Below are positions 30,745 to 42,600 of a stretch of 64,000 nt of DNA, in pieces (positions within the stretch are counted from its first letter, which is position 1; every line of letters begins with the position of its first letter). The position numbers and the translations under genes are program-made. Under the pieces are notes generated by a model. The model searched no databases. It saw only the letters and a program-made list of their open reading frames with translations, and was not told the origin of the DNA. Location: the NCBI GenBank assembly GCA_965195345.1, contig OZ239628.1, forward strand, positions 1,664,001 through 1,728,000, written 5' to 3'. The DNA comes from an uncultured Thiomicrospira sp. GTDB lineage: Bacteria; Pseudomonadota; Gammaproteobacteria; CAKMZV01.

Positions 30745-31143
30745 TTATTCAAATATTGTACGTATCGTTTCTGGAATTCTGGTGGGTCGGAAATTGCTAT
30801 TTGAAACCCATGCTATTACCACCTGAGCTTCGACTAACAGCTCACCATTATCCTTGTTCACTATTTCTTGGTCAAGATGGATTGATGATTTTAAACACTT
30901 ACTAACAAGGCATTTAACCACTAATTGATCTTCAAGGACGGCAGGTTTAAGAAAACGCATCTTCAAAGACGCAACGACCATTTTACCACCTACATCCGTG
31001 GACATTGCTTTTTGACTAATGCCTCTGCTCAACAACCATTCACTGCGCGCCCTTTCAAAATAATTTGCATACTTTGAATGATACACAACGCCTCCTGCAT
31101 CGGTGTCTTCCCAATATACTCGGACTGTAAATTCATACTTCAT
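30745..31143 (-). CDS. ybgC: Tol-Pal-associated acyl-CoA thioesterase
   Basis: RVYWEDTDAGGVVYH and FERARSE motifs. Confidence 0.93.
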   Translation of the reverse strand: MKYEFTVRVYWEDTDAGGVVYHSKYANYFERARSEWLLSRGISQKAMSTDVGGKMVVASLKMRFLKPAVLEDQLVVKCLVSKCLKSSIHLDQEIVNKDNGELLVEAQVVIAWVSNSNFRPTRIPETIRTIFE

Positions 31144-31152
31144 AATCAGAGC

Positions 31153-32157
31153 TCACACTAATGTCCCCCTATCAATACCAAGGTGTTTATAGGCATGCTC
31201 CGTGGCAACACGTCCACGTGAAGTACGCATTAAAAACCCTTGTTGCACTAAATAGGGCTCAATGACATCTTCAAGCGTGCCTTTTTCCTCTCCTATGGCC
31301 GTTGCCAGCGTGTCCAATCCTACAGGACCTCCATTGAAATGCTCCACCAACACCTGCATAAAACGGCGGTCAATTTTATCCAACCCTGCGTGATCAACCT
31401 CCAACATACTCAAAGCTTGCTGAGCAACATCAACCGTAATAACACCATCGCCGAGAACCTCTGCGTAATCACGCACTCTTTTTAATAAACGATTAGCAAT
31501 TCTGGGGGTTCCGCGCGCACGTTTAGCAATTTCAATACATCCTTGTGGCAGGCACGTAATTGATAAAAGTTGAGCAGAGCGTGCTATGATCTTAGACAAT
31601 GAATCATCATCGTAAAACTCAAGACGTTGTACTATACCGAAACGATCGCGTAATGGAGAGGTCAGCAAACCTGCACGCGTTGTTGCTCCTACTAAGGTGA
31701 AAGGGGCAACCTCTATTTTCACCGATTGAGCAGCAGGACCCTCGCCGATAATAATATCAAGTTGATAATCCTCCATCGCTGGATAAAGCACTTCTTCCAT
31801 CACTGGTGATAGGCGGTGAATTTCATCAATAAATAAAATATCACCTCTATCTAATTTGGTTAGCATGGCTGCTAAATCGCCTGGTTTTTCTATAACTGGA
31901 CCTGATGTGGAATGCATGCGCGTGCCCATTTCATTTGAAATGATGTGCGCTAGTGTCGTTTTCCCAAGCCCAGGAGGACCAAACAACAAAACATGATCAA
32001 GTGATTCATTCCGTTTTTTGGCGGCGGACAAAAACACCCCCATCTGATCGCAGATCTTATCTTGTCCAATATATTCGTCGAGTCCTTTGGGTCTTAGAGA
32101 CACCTCAAAATCAAAGTGTTCATCAAGTTCAGAGGAAATAATTCGATTTTCTTCCAC
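31153..32157 (-). CDS. ruvB: Holliday junction branch migration helicase RuvB
   Basis: [24 protein letters not shown] and RGTPRIA motifs. Confidence 0.98.
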   Translation of the reverse strand: MEENRIISSELDEHFDFEVSLRPKGLDEYIGQDKICDQMGVFLSAAKKRNESLDHVLLFGPPGLGKTTLAHIISNEMGTRMHSTSGPVIEKPGDLAAMLTKLDRGDILFIDEIHRLSPVMEEVLYPAMEDYQLDIIIGEGPAAQSVKIEVAPFTLVGATTRAGLLTSPLRDRFGIVQRLEFYDDDSLSKIIARSAQLLSITCLPQGCIEIAKRARGTPRIANRLLKRVRDYAEVLGDGVITVDVAQQALSMLEVDHAGLDKIDRRFMQVLVEHFNGGPVGLDTLATAIGEEKGTLEDVIEPYLVQQGFLMRTSRGRVATEHAYKHLGIDRGTLV

Positions 32158-32161
32158 GATG

Positions 32162-32758
32162 CTAATATTTCCTTCTCAATAACCAACGCACTTTGTCTGC
32201 TGTCCCCATGTCTGGTTCATCGGTGGGCAGGCTTCTTACCATAGCGTCTGCTTCATTTGCTGAGTAGCCCAAAGCGACTAACGCGGCATGCACATCTGCC
32301 AATTTTGTTTGTCCATCGGAAGATTGCTCGCCACTTGACAAGGAAACGGACAGTTTCCCTTTAAAACGATCTGCCATTTCCAGTAGTAATCGCTCTGCTG
32401 TTTTTTTACCAATTCCTGGAACGGAAGTTAAACGACTGATGTCCTTGCTTTGAATTATTTCCATCAATTCTTGAACGGATAATCCAGATAAAATCCCCAA
32501 AGCCACTTTTGCCCCTACACCATTTATTTTGAGCAATTCGGAAAACACCTGCTTTTCCTGTATCTCAGAAAAACCGAATAAAAGCAGAGCATCCTCTCGT
32601 ACCAAAGTATATATGTGAAGGGTACACTCCTCTCCTACTTTAGGCAGTTGACTGAAGGTGACATATGAGACTTCAATTACATAGCCAACACCCCTAACAT
32701 CAAGGATTAAATTAGGGGGCGATTTTTGAAGCAATACGCCTTTTAGCCAAGCAATCAT
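32162..32758 (-). CDS. ruvA: Holliday junction branch migration protein RuvA
   Basis: [21 protein letters not shown] and [11 protein letters not shown] motifs. Confidence 0.97.
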   Translation of the reverse strand: MIAWLKGVLLQKSPPNLILDVRGVGYVIEVSYVTFSQLPKVGEECTLHIYTLVREDALLLFGFSEIQEKQVFSELLKINGVGAKVALGILSGLSVQELMEIIQSKDISRLTSVPGIGKKTAERLLLEMADRFKGKLSVSLSSGEQSSDGQTKLADVHAALVALGYSANEADAMVRSLPTDEPDMGTADKVRWLLRRKY

Positions 32759-33255
32759 GATGGGCGGTTTTTTCTACTTAACGCTCTGGTGCCGATATGA
32801 TTTGAAAGACATAACGCGACAGCAAGAGCATCTGCGCTATCTTCTTGTAGGTCACTGCGTATTTTGAGTAATGTTTTTATCATAAATTGCACTTGCCCTT
32901 TTGTGGCGTGTCCATTGCCTACCACTGTTTTTTTAACTTCTGTTGCAGAAAACTCTTCAACATCCAAACCCAAAGAAACCCCTGCACAAATCGCAGCTCC
33001 GCGCGCTTGACCAAGCTTAAGGGCAGAGTCTGGATTACGATGCATAAACACTTTCTCAACCCCCATACTATCAGGTTTCAAACGTCGAATAACATCATGC
33101 AATTCAGAAAAAATTTGCGCCAAACGTTTAGGAATTTCTGTATCTTTGGTTTTTATGTAACCTGCTTCAATAAACAATGTATTCCTATTATCGACATCAA
33201 TAACGCCATAACCGGTAATTCTTGAACCTGGGTCAATACCTATAATTCTACGCAA
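32755..33255 (-). CDS. ruvC: Crossover junction endodeoxyribonuclease RuvC
   Basis: IGIDPGSRITGYG, SALKLGQARG and DSADALAVA motifs. Confidence 0.97.
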   Translation of the reverse strand: MRRIIGIDPGSRITGYGVIDVDNRNTLFIEAGYIKTKDTEIPKRLAQIFSELHDVIRRLKPDSMGVEKVFMHRNPDSALKLGQARGAAICAGVSLGLDVEEFSATEVKKTVVGNGHATKGQVQFMIKTLLKIRSDLQEDSADALAVALCLSNHIGTRALSRKNRPS

Positions 33256-33265
33256 ATGTTTCGCT

Positions 33266-33985
33266 CTATATTATTTCAAGATTCGAATGAACAGCTTGCA
33301 CATCGTCAAGATCTTCAATCGTATCCACTAGGTTTATGACTTTCTCAGCTTGTTCTTCAGTTAATTCTATTTTTACATCTGCATCCAAAGCTAACTCTGA
33401 CTGAAGACATTCGAATCCAGCCTGAACGATTGCTTCTTTAACATTCAAATAATGTTCCGCATCGGTCGCTACAATAATATTCCCCGCATCGTCCACTTCA
33501 ACGTCTTCAGCACCGTTTTCCAAAGCCACTTCAAATAACTCATCCTCGTCCGCTTCAGAAGAGACTTGAATAAACCCACGATGATTAAACATGTAAGCTA
33601 CCGAACCATCTGTGCCTAAATTGCCACCATGCTTACTAAAAGCATGTCTCACTTCTGAAACCGTCCGTTGTTTATTATCGGTCAGGCAGTCAACTATAAT
33701 AGCGACCCCTGAGGTCGCATAACCTTCGTAACGCATTTCCTCGTAATTTACACCATCAAGATTTCCCGATCCCCTCGCTATTGCTTTATCGATTGAATCA
33801 CGTTTCATATTATTGGACAATGCTTTGTCAACAGCTGCGCGCAGCCTAGGGTTCGCCGCAACATCGCCACCTTGTTTAGCTGAAACGGTTAATTCGCGAA
33901 TTAATTTTGTGAAAATTTTTCCTCGCTTGGCATCTTGATTTGCTTTGCGATGCTTGATGTTTGCCCATTTACTATGACCTGCCAT
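33266..33985 (-). CDS. yebC: YebC/PmpR family protein
   Basis: MAGHSKWANIKHRK, YEGY and TDNKQRT motifs. Confidence 0.96.
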   Translation of the reverse strand: MAGHSKWANIKHRKANQDAKRGKIFTKLIRELTVSAKQGGDVAANPRLRAAVDKALSNNMKRDSIDKAIARGSGNLDGVNYEEMRYEGYATSGVAIIVDCLTDNKQRTVSEVRHAFSKHGGNLGTDGSVAYMFNHRGFIQVSSEADEDELFEVALENGAEDVEVDDAGNIIVATDAEHYLNVKEAIVQAGFECLQSELALDADVKIELTEEQAEKVINLVDTIEDLDDVQAVHSNLEII

Positions 33986-34045
33986 AAATTCCTCTAACCT
34001 TTCTGCGTTTAATATTCTATGCGCTTAATCTTTTTGCTCCAATTC

Positions 34046-35137
34046 CTATGCGTCGCCTACCATACGAATAGGCATATTATTTTGTCTTGAAAAATCCAAC
34101 ATTCTTTGAATTGGAACTAACGCTCTTTTTCTAATAGACTCTTCAATTTCAATTTCAGGGGTATTATTTTTCAAACAGTCTCGAATATTTTGTAGCCGAT
34201 TAATTGCCATCCATGGGCACTTTCCACAAGACTCACAAGTTGCACCCTTGCCGCCAGAAGGAGCAACTATAAAGCTCTTCTTCGATTGAATCTGCTTCAT
34301 TTTATGGAAAATTCCCTCATCAGTAGCAACGATAAAACGCGTAGCTGGATGCTTATTAACTGCGTTGATGAGTACTTTTGTAGAGCCAACAATCTCAGCA
34401 TGTTCAAGCACTGCAGCAGGAGATTCAGGATGCGCAATAACAACAGCATCTGGATTATCCTTCATCATTGTCAACAATGCATCCGACTTAAACTCATCAT
34501 GTACTACGCAGTGCCCGCGCCAATTTATCATATCAGCACCTGTTTGGGCTTGTATCCAATTGCCCAAATGCCTATCTGGAGCCCAAAGGATTTTCTCCCC
34601 TTGTTCTTTCAAATGTTGAACAATTTGTAAAGCATTACCCGACGTCACAACCCAATCTGCTTCTGCTTTCACTGCTGCACTCGTATTCGCATACACCACG
34701 CTAATACGATCTGGATATTGCGCTTTAAATTCTTTAAAAGCCTCCACCGGACAACCAATATCTAATGAGCAAGTTGCTTCAAGTGTTGGCATCAGAACAG
34801 TTTTATCAGGCGTTAATATTTTAGCCGTCTCTCCCATAAAACGCACGCCACTGACCACTAACTTTTGAGCAGTATGTTCGTTACCAAAGTATGCCATATC
34901 TAATGAATCAGCAACATGCCCACCCGTTTCTTCGGCTAACGACTGAATTTCAGCTGCTACGTAATAATGGGCTACGATTACAGCATCTTTTTCTCGTAAT
35001 AAATGTTCAATTTCGCATTTTAGATCCTCGACACTTTCACTCTCATCAAAGTGCATTTCTCTAGCTATCACCGCTTTTTGATGAATAGTGCGAAGGAGGC
35101 TTTCTGGCGTTCTATTTTCAGACTGCATAGTGCGCAT
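34046..35137 (-). CDS. nadA: Quinolinate synthase A
   Basis: VAHYY, GVRFMGETAKIL, ATCSLD, YANTSA, AHPES and CPWM motifs. Confidence 0.96.
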   Translation of the reverse strand: MRTMQSENRTPESLLRTIHQKAVIAREMHFDESESVEDLKCEIEHLLREKDAVIVAHYYVAAEIQSLAEETGGHVADSLDMAYFGNEHTAQKLVVSGVRFMGETAKILTPDKTVLMPTLEATCSLDIGCPVEAFKEFKAQYPDRISVVYANTSAAVKAEADWVVTSGNALQIVQHLKEQGEKILWAPDRHLGNWIQAQTGADMINWRGHCVVHDEFKSDALLTMMKDNPDAVVIAHPESPAAVLEHAEIVGSTKVLINAVNKHPATRFIVATDEGIFHKMKQIQSKKSFIVAPSGGKGATCESCGKCPWMAINRLQNIRDCLKNNTPEIEIEESIRKRALVPIQRMLDFSRQNNMPIRMVGDA

Positions 35138-35277
35138 AATCTAATGGTTTTTTATAATTACAGTTTTTGAAGAATTGGCTATTCGAACGTAATTGGAAAT
35201 TCATCGTTGAATTTTACCATTTTTCCCTAAAATTCTTAGAGTAGCACGCACATAATTGACGAATTAATACATTTCAA

Positions 35278-36927
35278 TCATTCTTTGGAAGAATTGATCA
35301 GTTTTCCAACTTTTTCTAAAATGTCAGCTGAAGGAAATTTCTTATGTGCTTCTTCCCATAGAGTGTGCGCCTCTTCCGTTTGACCACTAACGAAAAGCAC
35401 TTCAACTATGTGGCCAATAACTTCTGGGTCATATTTCAAATTCATAGCCTGTCGCAAGTACAAAATTGCTTCTTTATACTCTTTTAGTCGGTATTTCGCC
35501 CATCCTAGAGAATCAAGAATATGGTAAGCCGACGGCTTGAGTTTAAGAGCCCTCTCTATTAAAGGAACAGCCTCTTCGGCTCTATCTAGTTCATCAGCCA
35601 AAATATATCCCAATCCATTAAGTGCTTCGCTATGATTTTCATCAATATTAATGATGGTTCGCATATCTCGCTCAAAGCCTTTTACATCGTCTAATGCAAT
35701 AAGAAAAGAGCCTCTCTGATAAAGCGCTTCAACTCGATTAGGGTATTTTTTTAAAAACTCATTGAGCAAATTTAACCCCGATTTGCTATCACCCACATCA
35801 TAAAACACTTGTGAAGCAAGAATTAAATTTTGCTCAAGTTGCTCTTCAGTTTGGCTCTTTGTACCGCTTAATATATTCAAAGCCTCTTGATATCGCTTTT
35901 GACTACGATAGATGCTAGCTAACTCATAATTCTTCTGAAACCTCAATTGGTCAGAGTCAATTTTCTTCAATACTTTTTCTGCTTCGTCTAATGCACCATT
36001 GCGGATATACATTAACCCGAGAAAGTAATTAGCCCAGTCTCTATATTCATCATCTTTTTCGAGTTCTTCAAAAATACCTCGAGCCTTATTGGGCTGATTA
36101 TTACGCCCATATATTCGAGCTAGTAAAAGCTGATAGTTTGGCTCCGTTATATTCTCCATTGCTTCTATTTTTTCTTTAGCCTCTGAGTACAACCCCATGC
36201 TAAAAGAGAGCTGAGCATTCAAGTATTTAAGTTCTTTATAATTTGGATATGCCTGCAAACCCTTTGTGATGGCTGCTTGAGCTTCACCGAAGAGTTCACG
36301 CCAAACCAGAGCTTTAATCCATGCCTCGTACAACAGAACGTCCAATTCATCGTGCACTGCTGCTTGTAGAAACAACAATACCCCGTTACTATTTTGACTT
36401 GAAAACTCTTCATCCGAGGCCTCTAAGAAGAGTAACAACTCATTACTACTTACATCAGCATCAACCAGTTCGTTATATAGTTTTTCTGATATTGACTGAG
36501 TATTCAAACTCATGCTTACTTTGAAAAGTTGCTTAATCTGTGTGACTGATGGTTTCAAATTACCCGCTTCAATCCCGTTCAAAATACGTATCAAATTTTT
36601 TTCAACCAAATCTTTTCTTCCAGCGAGAGACGCATAATTCAAAGCATAGAAAAAAATATTTTCTGTATCAGGATAGGTTTGGGCTATTTTTTCATACAGT
36701 TGAGCAGCTTCTAAAGTGTTTCCTTCACGCACAGCAATTTGAGCACTAAGTATTTTGAATAACATTTGACCTGCTAAAGGGCGAGGGTCATTTTTTTCAA
36801 TAGCCGGTTGATTTTCAACAGTGGGCTCCCGAGTCGATGTCACGCCACAGCCTGAAAAAACAGAACCGAGAACGACGGTAACAATCGAGACGTAAAACTT
36901 AGATAGTATCTTCATACGATGAAGCAT
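35278..36927 (-). CDS. TPR-repeat lipoprotein
   Basis: Lipobox FSGC, multiple TPRs, ALNGLGYILAD...ILDSLGW at the C-terminus. Confidence 0.85.
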   Translation of the reverse strand: MLHRMKILSKFYVSIVTVVLGSVFSGCGVTSTREPTVENQPAIEKNDPRPLAGQMLFKILSAQIAVREGNTLEAAQLYEKIAQTYPDTENIFFYALNYASLAGRKDLVEKNLIRILNGIEAGNLKPSVTQIKQLFKVSMSLNTQSISEKLYNELVDADVSSNELLLFLEASDEEFSSQNSNGVLLFLQAAVHDELDVLLYEAWIKALVWRELFGEAQAAITKGLQAYPNYKELKYLNAQLSFSMGLYSEAKEKIEAMENITEPNYQLLLARIYGRNNQPNKARGIFEELEKDDEYRDWANYFLGLMYIRNGALDEAEKVLKKIDSDQLRFQKNYELASIYRSQKRYQEALNILSGTKSQTEEQLEQNLILASQVFYDVGDSKSGLNLLNEFLKKYPNRVEALYQRGSFLIALDDVKGFERDMRTIINIDENHSEALNGLGYILADELDRAEEAVPLIERALKLKPSAYHILDSLGWAKYRLKEYKEAILYLRQAMNLKYDPEVIGHIVEVLFVSGQTEEAHTLWEEAHKKFPSADILEKVGKLINSSKE

Positions 36928-37045
36928 TATGCCATTTTCTAACGTTTTTTTGAATGAATTTAATATCCCGCATATACTTAAATATCATCACTTAAAGTTT
37001 CTCAAACTGCAGGTATAATCCCTATTGTTTATCAAATCTCATAAT

Positions 37046-37507
37046 ATGCAAAATAAACAACATAATAAAATCTTTCCTTTTCCACCCCGAGCAACGGTCG
37101 GCATCGTATATTCTCGATTCAATCTTGATATTACAGACAAATTGTTAGCAGGTGCTAAGGAAACTTTGACCCAAGCAGGCGCTCGTGAAGAGCAACTCGT
37201 TATTAAAGACGTACCTGGAGCTGTAGAATTACCGCTTGCCGCACAACATTTATTAACAAATTCTTTGGTAGATGGTGTCATTGTTTTAGGTGCCGTTATA
37301 CGCGGAGACACAGATCATTTTGATTACGTTTGCCAAATGTGTGCTCAAGGCATTATCGATGTGCAGTTGAATTTACACAAACCAATTATTTTCGGACTGT
37401 TGACTACCAATACTGAAGAACAAGCTATTGAGCGCGCAAGCAATGAAAATAATAAAGGAATAGATTGTGCAAAAACGTTAATTGAAATGTTGCACTTGGT
37501 GCAATAA
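37046..37507 (+). CDS. ribH: 6,7-dimethyl-8-ribityllumazine synthase
   Basis: SRFN, VPGAVELP, LGAVIRGDTDHFDYV and FGLLTT motifs. Start placed at MQNK. Confidence 0.96.
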   Translation: MQNKQHNKIFPFPPRATVGIVYSRFNLDITDKLLAGAKETLTQAGAREEQLVIKDVPGAVELPLAAQHLLTNSLVDGVIVLGAVIRGDTDHFDYVCQMCAQGIIDVQLNLHKPIIFGLLTTNTEEQAIERASNENNKGIDCAKTLIEMLHLVQ

Positions 37508-37508
37508 T

Positions 37509-37913
37509 ATGTCTCAATTTACCACACGACAACGCATTATTCAAGCACTTTACCAGTGGCAACTTAACGATGACGACATCAACTTTATTTGTGCACAATT
37601 CACAACCAGTGCCGAACGTACAAAAGGCATTGATGAGCAAAAGTTTGTACAGCAATTCAAAAGTATAGTAGGAAATGTCATACAGATTGATGAAACTTTT
37701 AAACCTTTCTTAAATCGAGATAACTTCCACATAGGAGAAGTAGAAAGATCCATACTTCGGCTTGCTACTTTCGAATTGTTATTTACCAAAGAAACGCCAC
37801 ATAAAGTCATAATTGACCAAGCACTTGAACTCGCCAAAATTTTTAATTGTAAGGAGAGTAAAGGCTTTATCAATGCTGTGCTTGATCAAATAAAAATAGA
37901 CAGGACACAATGA
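37509..37913 (+). CDS. nusB: Transcription antitermination factor NusB
   Basis: QALYQWQ, VERSILRLATFEL and FINAVLD motifs, following ribH. Confidence 0.92.
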   Translation: MSQFTTRQRIIQALYQWQLNDDDINFICAQFTTSAERTKGIDEQKFVQQFKSIVGNVIQIDETFKPFLNRDNFHIGEVERSILRLATFELLFTKETPHKVIIDQALELAKIFNCKESKGFINAVLDQIKIDRTQ

Positions 37914-38437
37914 AACCTCTATATTTTTTGGCTATACTTCCATTGGTCCTCACTATCGTTTGGCAGTGGCAAAACGATGATATCGAACAGAAGAGAGAAC
38001 CAAAAAGCCAAGGAAACTTCAACATTGATGGGATGACTTCATGGCGTTTCTCCAGTCAATCAAAAACGATAATCCGCAGCATTCACGCTGAATATAATGC
38101 GCACACAAGCCAGTTGCATCTAAAATATCCTGTAATGCAGAATTACCGCAAAGGGCAATCTTCAATTGAAGCACGCTCAAATCGTGGCATATACCATGAG
38201 GCAAATAGTAATCTTGCATTAAATGACAATATACATATCTTCATAAAAACATCCAGCACTCAAATCTATACCGATCAACTGTCAATTAATTTTTCGAATG
38301 ATATTGCGACCTCTTCTGAATCCGTCAAAATAATCGGAAAAAACTTTCAATTGGAGGGCACTGGCGTTGAATTCAAACTGGAAAATTATGATTTAAATTT
38401 ACTAGCTAATGTGCGAACACGCATTGATTCTGAATAA
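37910..38437 (+). CDS. lptC: LPS export protein LptC
   Basis: Single N-terminal TM and beta-rich body ending LLANVR, immediately upstream of lptA-lptB. Confidence 0.75.
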   Translation: MKPLYFLAILPLVLTIVWQWQNDDIEQKREPKSQGNFNIDGMTSWRFSSQSKTIIRSIHAEYNAHTSQLHLKYPVMQNYRKGQSSIEARSNRGIYHEANSNLALNDNIHIFIKTSSTQIYTDQLSINFSNDIATSSESVKIIGKNFQLEGTGVEFKLENYDLNLLANVRTRIDSE

Positions 38438-38441
38438 TCGC

Positions 38442-38921
38442 ATGAAAAAAAAATCAATTCACATACTCTATTTTTTATTGCTTGTATGGGCATGTCCTCT
38501 TCTTGCTGATACGAGCAAAACCATATACATCGAAGCAGACAATTTGAAAGCTTTTAATGAAGGGGCACTTTCTATCTATTCTGGTAATGTTGTAATAACA
38601 AGAGGATTTACAAAAATTCAAGCTGAAAAAGTTGAATTACAACGTATCAAAGATGCTGTAACCAAATTGACCGCTTGGGGGGAACCTGTATTATTTAATA
38701 ATAACGATCCGCTTGAACTAATCAATGCCAGCTCTACTGTTATGATCTGGGAAAACGATAGTGGATGGCTCACTCTGACAGGAAATGCCAGTTTAACGCA
38801 ACAAGGAAATCAAATAAAAGGGGAAAAAATTCTCTATAACATAAAGAGTAAACAACTTAACGCTGAAGGAGGAAAAAAACGTGTTAAATTGCGTATTATT
38901 CCTGATGTGACCGAAGAGTAG
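38442..38921 (+). CDS. lptA: LPS transport periplasmic protein LptA
   Basis: IEAD, YSGNVVIT, LTGNASLTQQGN.I.GEKI.Y and RV...IIP motifs. Confidence 0.9.
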   Translation: MKKKSIHILYFLLLVWACPLLADTSKTIYIEADNLKAFNEGALSIYSGNVVITRGFTKIQAEKVELQRIKDAVTKLTAWGEPVLFNNNDPLELINASSTVMIWENDSGWLTLTGNASLTQQGNQIKGEKILYNIKSKQLNAEGGKKRVKLRIIPDVTEE

Positions 38922-38931
38922 TTGAAACCAA

Positions 38932-39660
38932 ATGGAAAAAAATACTCTGAAAATATCGGCACTTTCCAAAGCTTGGCGCAAGCGAAAAGTTGTTGATGAA
39001 GTGTCGTTGGAAGCGCAAAGTGGGGAAATAACTTGCTTGCTTGGCCCTAACGGTGCTGGCAAAACAACCACTTTCTACATGATCTGCGGGCTCATTCAAC
39101 CTGATTCAGGGCAAATTTATTTCAATGACCATAACATATCAAACCTACCAATGCACAAACGAGCACAGATGGGTATTGGTTATTTGCCTCAAGAGGCATC
39201 TGTTTTTCGCGGATTAAGCGTACTAAATAATATAAAGGCTGTCCTCGAGTTAAAGTCGCACAATAACAAGGAGTGTACTTTTAAAGCAGAGCAATTTATC
39301 GAAGAGTTTTCCTTACAGCACGTTCGCAACACTTTGGGTTCAGAGCTTTCTGGTGGAGAGCGCAGACGCTGTGAAATTGCACGTGCACTAGCGGTTGACC
39401 CATTATTTATTTTATTGGATGAACCTTTTGCAGGTGTGGATCCAATTTCAATTGGAGATACTAAAGGACTGATCAAGAAAGTAGCTCAACGTAATATAGG
39501 CGTCATCATTACTGACCATAATGTGAGGGAAACCCTTGCCTTAAGTGATGTGGCTTTTATTATGGCAAATGGAAAGCTTATTGCATCAGGCACTCCTGAT
39601 GAAATAGTCAATCATCAACAAGTGCGCAAGGCATACCTTGGCGACGATTTTAATTTTTGA
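38932..39660 (+). CDS. lptB: LPS export ABC transporter ATPase LptB
   Basis: GPNGAGKTT, GIGYLPQEASVF, LSGGERRR, DEPFAGVDP and ITDHNVRETL motifs. Confidence 0.97.
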   Translation: MEKNTLKISALSKAWRKRKVVDEVSLEAQSGEITCLLGPNGAGKTTTFYMICGLIQPDSGQIYFNDHNISNLPMHKRAQMGIGYLPQEASVFRGLSVLNNIKAVLELKSHNNKECTFKAEQFIEEFSLQHVRNTLGSELSGGERRRCEIARALAVDPLFILLDEPFAGVDPISIGDTKGLIKKVAQRNIGVIITDHNVRETLALSDVAFIMANGKLIASGTPDEIVNHQQVRKAYLGDDFNF

Positions 39661-39678
39661 TCAACTCTTTCTCTACTT

Positions 39679-42600
39679 ATGTTTTTTGAACGATTTCTTA
39701 AAAACCACGTATTAGCAAATTTATTTTTTATCTTAGTATTGACAATCGGTTTTTTAAGCTATGCTTCTCTGCCTCGTCAGCAAGACCCTAGCATAAACTT
39801 TAATTGGATAAACATCTCTACCGTATTGCCAGGCGCTTCTGCTGAAATTATTGAACAAAAAGTTACTCAAATTCTTGAAGAAGGACTTGAAACAGTCAAA
39901 GATATTAAATTTGTATCCAGTATTAGCCGCCAGAATATTTCTTCAATACTGATCCGATTTAACGACATCGATGCTTCAACATTTGAAAAACGCATTCAAG
40001 ATATTCGAAGAACTCTTCAAAACAAACGTTCGGAATTACCTTCAGACGCAACCGAACCAGATGTATTCGAAGTAACAAGCTCAAATGCCTTTCCTTCTGC
40101 AACGGTTATTGTTACTGCCGACAACAATGATGAATCGTTACGATTGGCGGCAAAACAGCTGCGGCGTGAAATAAGTCGACTAAAAAGAGTTGATAGAGTT
40201 AATCCGACAGGACTTTCTGACCCTCAAATCAACATTGAATTCGATCCCGATCAGTTGCAAAAATACGAGTTAAATGTCACGGAAATCGCCACTTCCTTAC
40301 AACAGGCAATGCAAGATGTTTCTGCAGGAGATATCAACTTGCAAAAAAGTTCTTGGTTAGTCACGTTAAAAGGACCAACTACTAATTTAGAAGAAATCGC
40401 TAACATTCCAATACAAACGACTCAAGGAGAAATTCCTTTATCACTAATTGCATCAGCCTCACGTGGGCGTAGCGATCCAGGATCCATTGTATCTTTCAAA
40501 GGAAAACCTGGAATCATGCTTGCAGTAACGAAAAAAGATAACTCTAACACCTTACTCTTGGTTGACGAAGTGAAAGAATTGCTGCGTAAAAGGAATGCAT
40601 TAAGCAATAATGAAATCCACTACCATCTTGCAGACGATCAGACTCAACTCACTTTAGATGCCATATCTGTAATGGAGAATAACTTCCTTATTGGACTCGT
40701 TATGGTGTTGATTGTAACGGGATTGTTTTTGGGTGGCAAAGTCGCTTTAATGACCACATTAGGCATTCCATTTACTGTAGCTGGAACGTTCTGGGCACTG
40801 AGTGTCTTGGGGTTTACGTTGAACACCTCCGTGCTACTAGCCATTGTCATCGCCTTAGGGATGCTCGTAGATGATGCGGTGGTTGTAGTCGAATCCATCT
40901 ATTCACGCTTACGTAAAAACCAATCACCTATTAAGGCGACTATTGACGGCATTTCTGAAGTGATTGCTCCTGTCACCACCTCCGTTTTAACAACTATTGC
41001 TGCTTTTTTACCGCTCATGCTATTACCTGGCATACTTGGTAAGTTCTTATTAGTCGTTCCATTGGTTGTTACCCTTGCTCTCTTAATCTCATTGATTGAA
41101 GCTTATTGGTTATTGCCTGCCCACGTCACCATGATGAAGCTTAATTTAAATAAGCCAAACCGTATTGGACGCATGCGCAATGCGTTTTTAAAAAAAATAC
41201 AAACCTCCTATAGTAAAGCACTAATTAAATTCATGCGTTTTCCTAAAACAGTTTTGCTTTTTGTAACACTTTTGTTATTTGGATCGGGCGCTTCATTAGC
41301 GATGGGATACATCAAATTGGACTTTTTTGCCAGCGATACATTAAGAATTTACTATATTAATGTCAAGATGCCGAGTGACTCTTCATTAGAAAACACCATG
41401 AAAGTAGTCAATGAAGTGAAAGGTCGCGCTGAAAAACACTTGCTTCCTGAAGAGACGCGTTCAGTAGTTGGCTACGCTGGACAACTTTTTACGGAAACAG
41501 AACCGCTTTTTGGCAAACAGTATGGTCAATTGCTTGTTAGTCTTGTTCCGAAGGGCAAGGGATTGCGATCTGTTGAGGAGGTCATTGCTTCTATGCGCAA
41601 GGATGTAACTAGCGTTCAAGGAGCTCAAGAAATCAGCATTCTTAAATTAGCGGGAGGTCCGCCTGCTGGAAAGGATATTAGTTTAAAAATACTGGGAGAC
41701 GACTATAGTCAAATACGAGAAGCAACCGATGCGTTAAAGGATTTCATATTAAAAAATAAAGAGTATGTGAACGTCAACGACGATGACACACCTGGAACTT
41801 GGGGGTTGAATTTAAAAATTGATTACGAAAAAGCTCGACTATTTAACATCTCTCCACAACTAATTATTTTCACTTTAAATGCATTAGTGGACGGCATTAT
41901 CGTTACCAATACATTTATAAATAACGAGTTTATTGATGTTCGTCTTCAAGCGCGACAAGATCGTAAAGGAGATGACATTAAATTCCTATTGGAACAAACG
42001 TTGACTTCCCCCACTGGGGATCAAATTATTCTAGGCGAACTGCTAAAGATAGAAACTCAAAAGGTTAAAGGTAATATCCGTCACTACAACTTTCAACGTG
42101 CGATAACCATTGAAGCAGATATCGATAAAAGTTTAACTGACACACTCAAAGCCAATGAAAAAATACGTACTCATTGGGAAAGCATAGCAAAAAAATACCC
42201 CGAATTAAGTATTGATAATAGCGGTGCCTTGGATGACATTCAAGAAAGTTTAAACTCTATACTGACGCTGTTTATATTTGGAATTGGTCTTATGTATATG
42301 ATCCTTGGCACGCAGTTTCGCAGTTACTTTCAGCCTTTCTTGGTGCTCTTTGCTGTGCCACTTGCATTTATTGGCGTAATCGTTGGATTGCTATTGACTA
42401 AAAATCCACTCAGCTTATTCACCCTATACGGCATAGTCGCTTTATCTGGAATAGCCGTTAACGCTGCAATTGTTCTGGTAGCAACAGCCAATCGCTACCG
42501 TTCTAATGGCATGTCTCCAACCTTGGCAATTTTTTATGCTTCAAGACGACGAATCATTCCCATAATTATCACCACATTGACAACCATAGCAGGGCTAATA

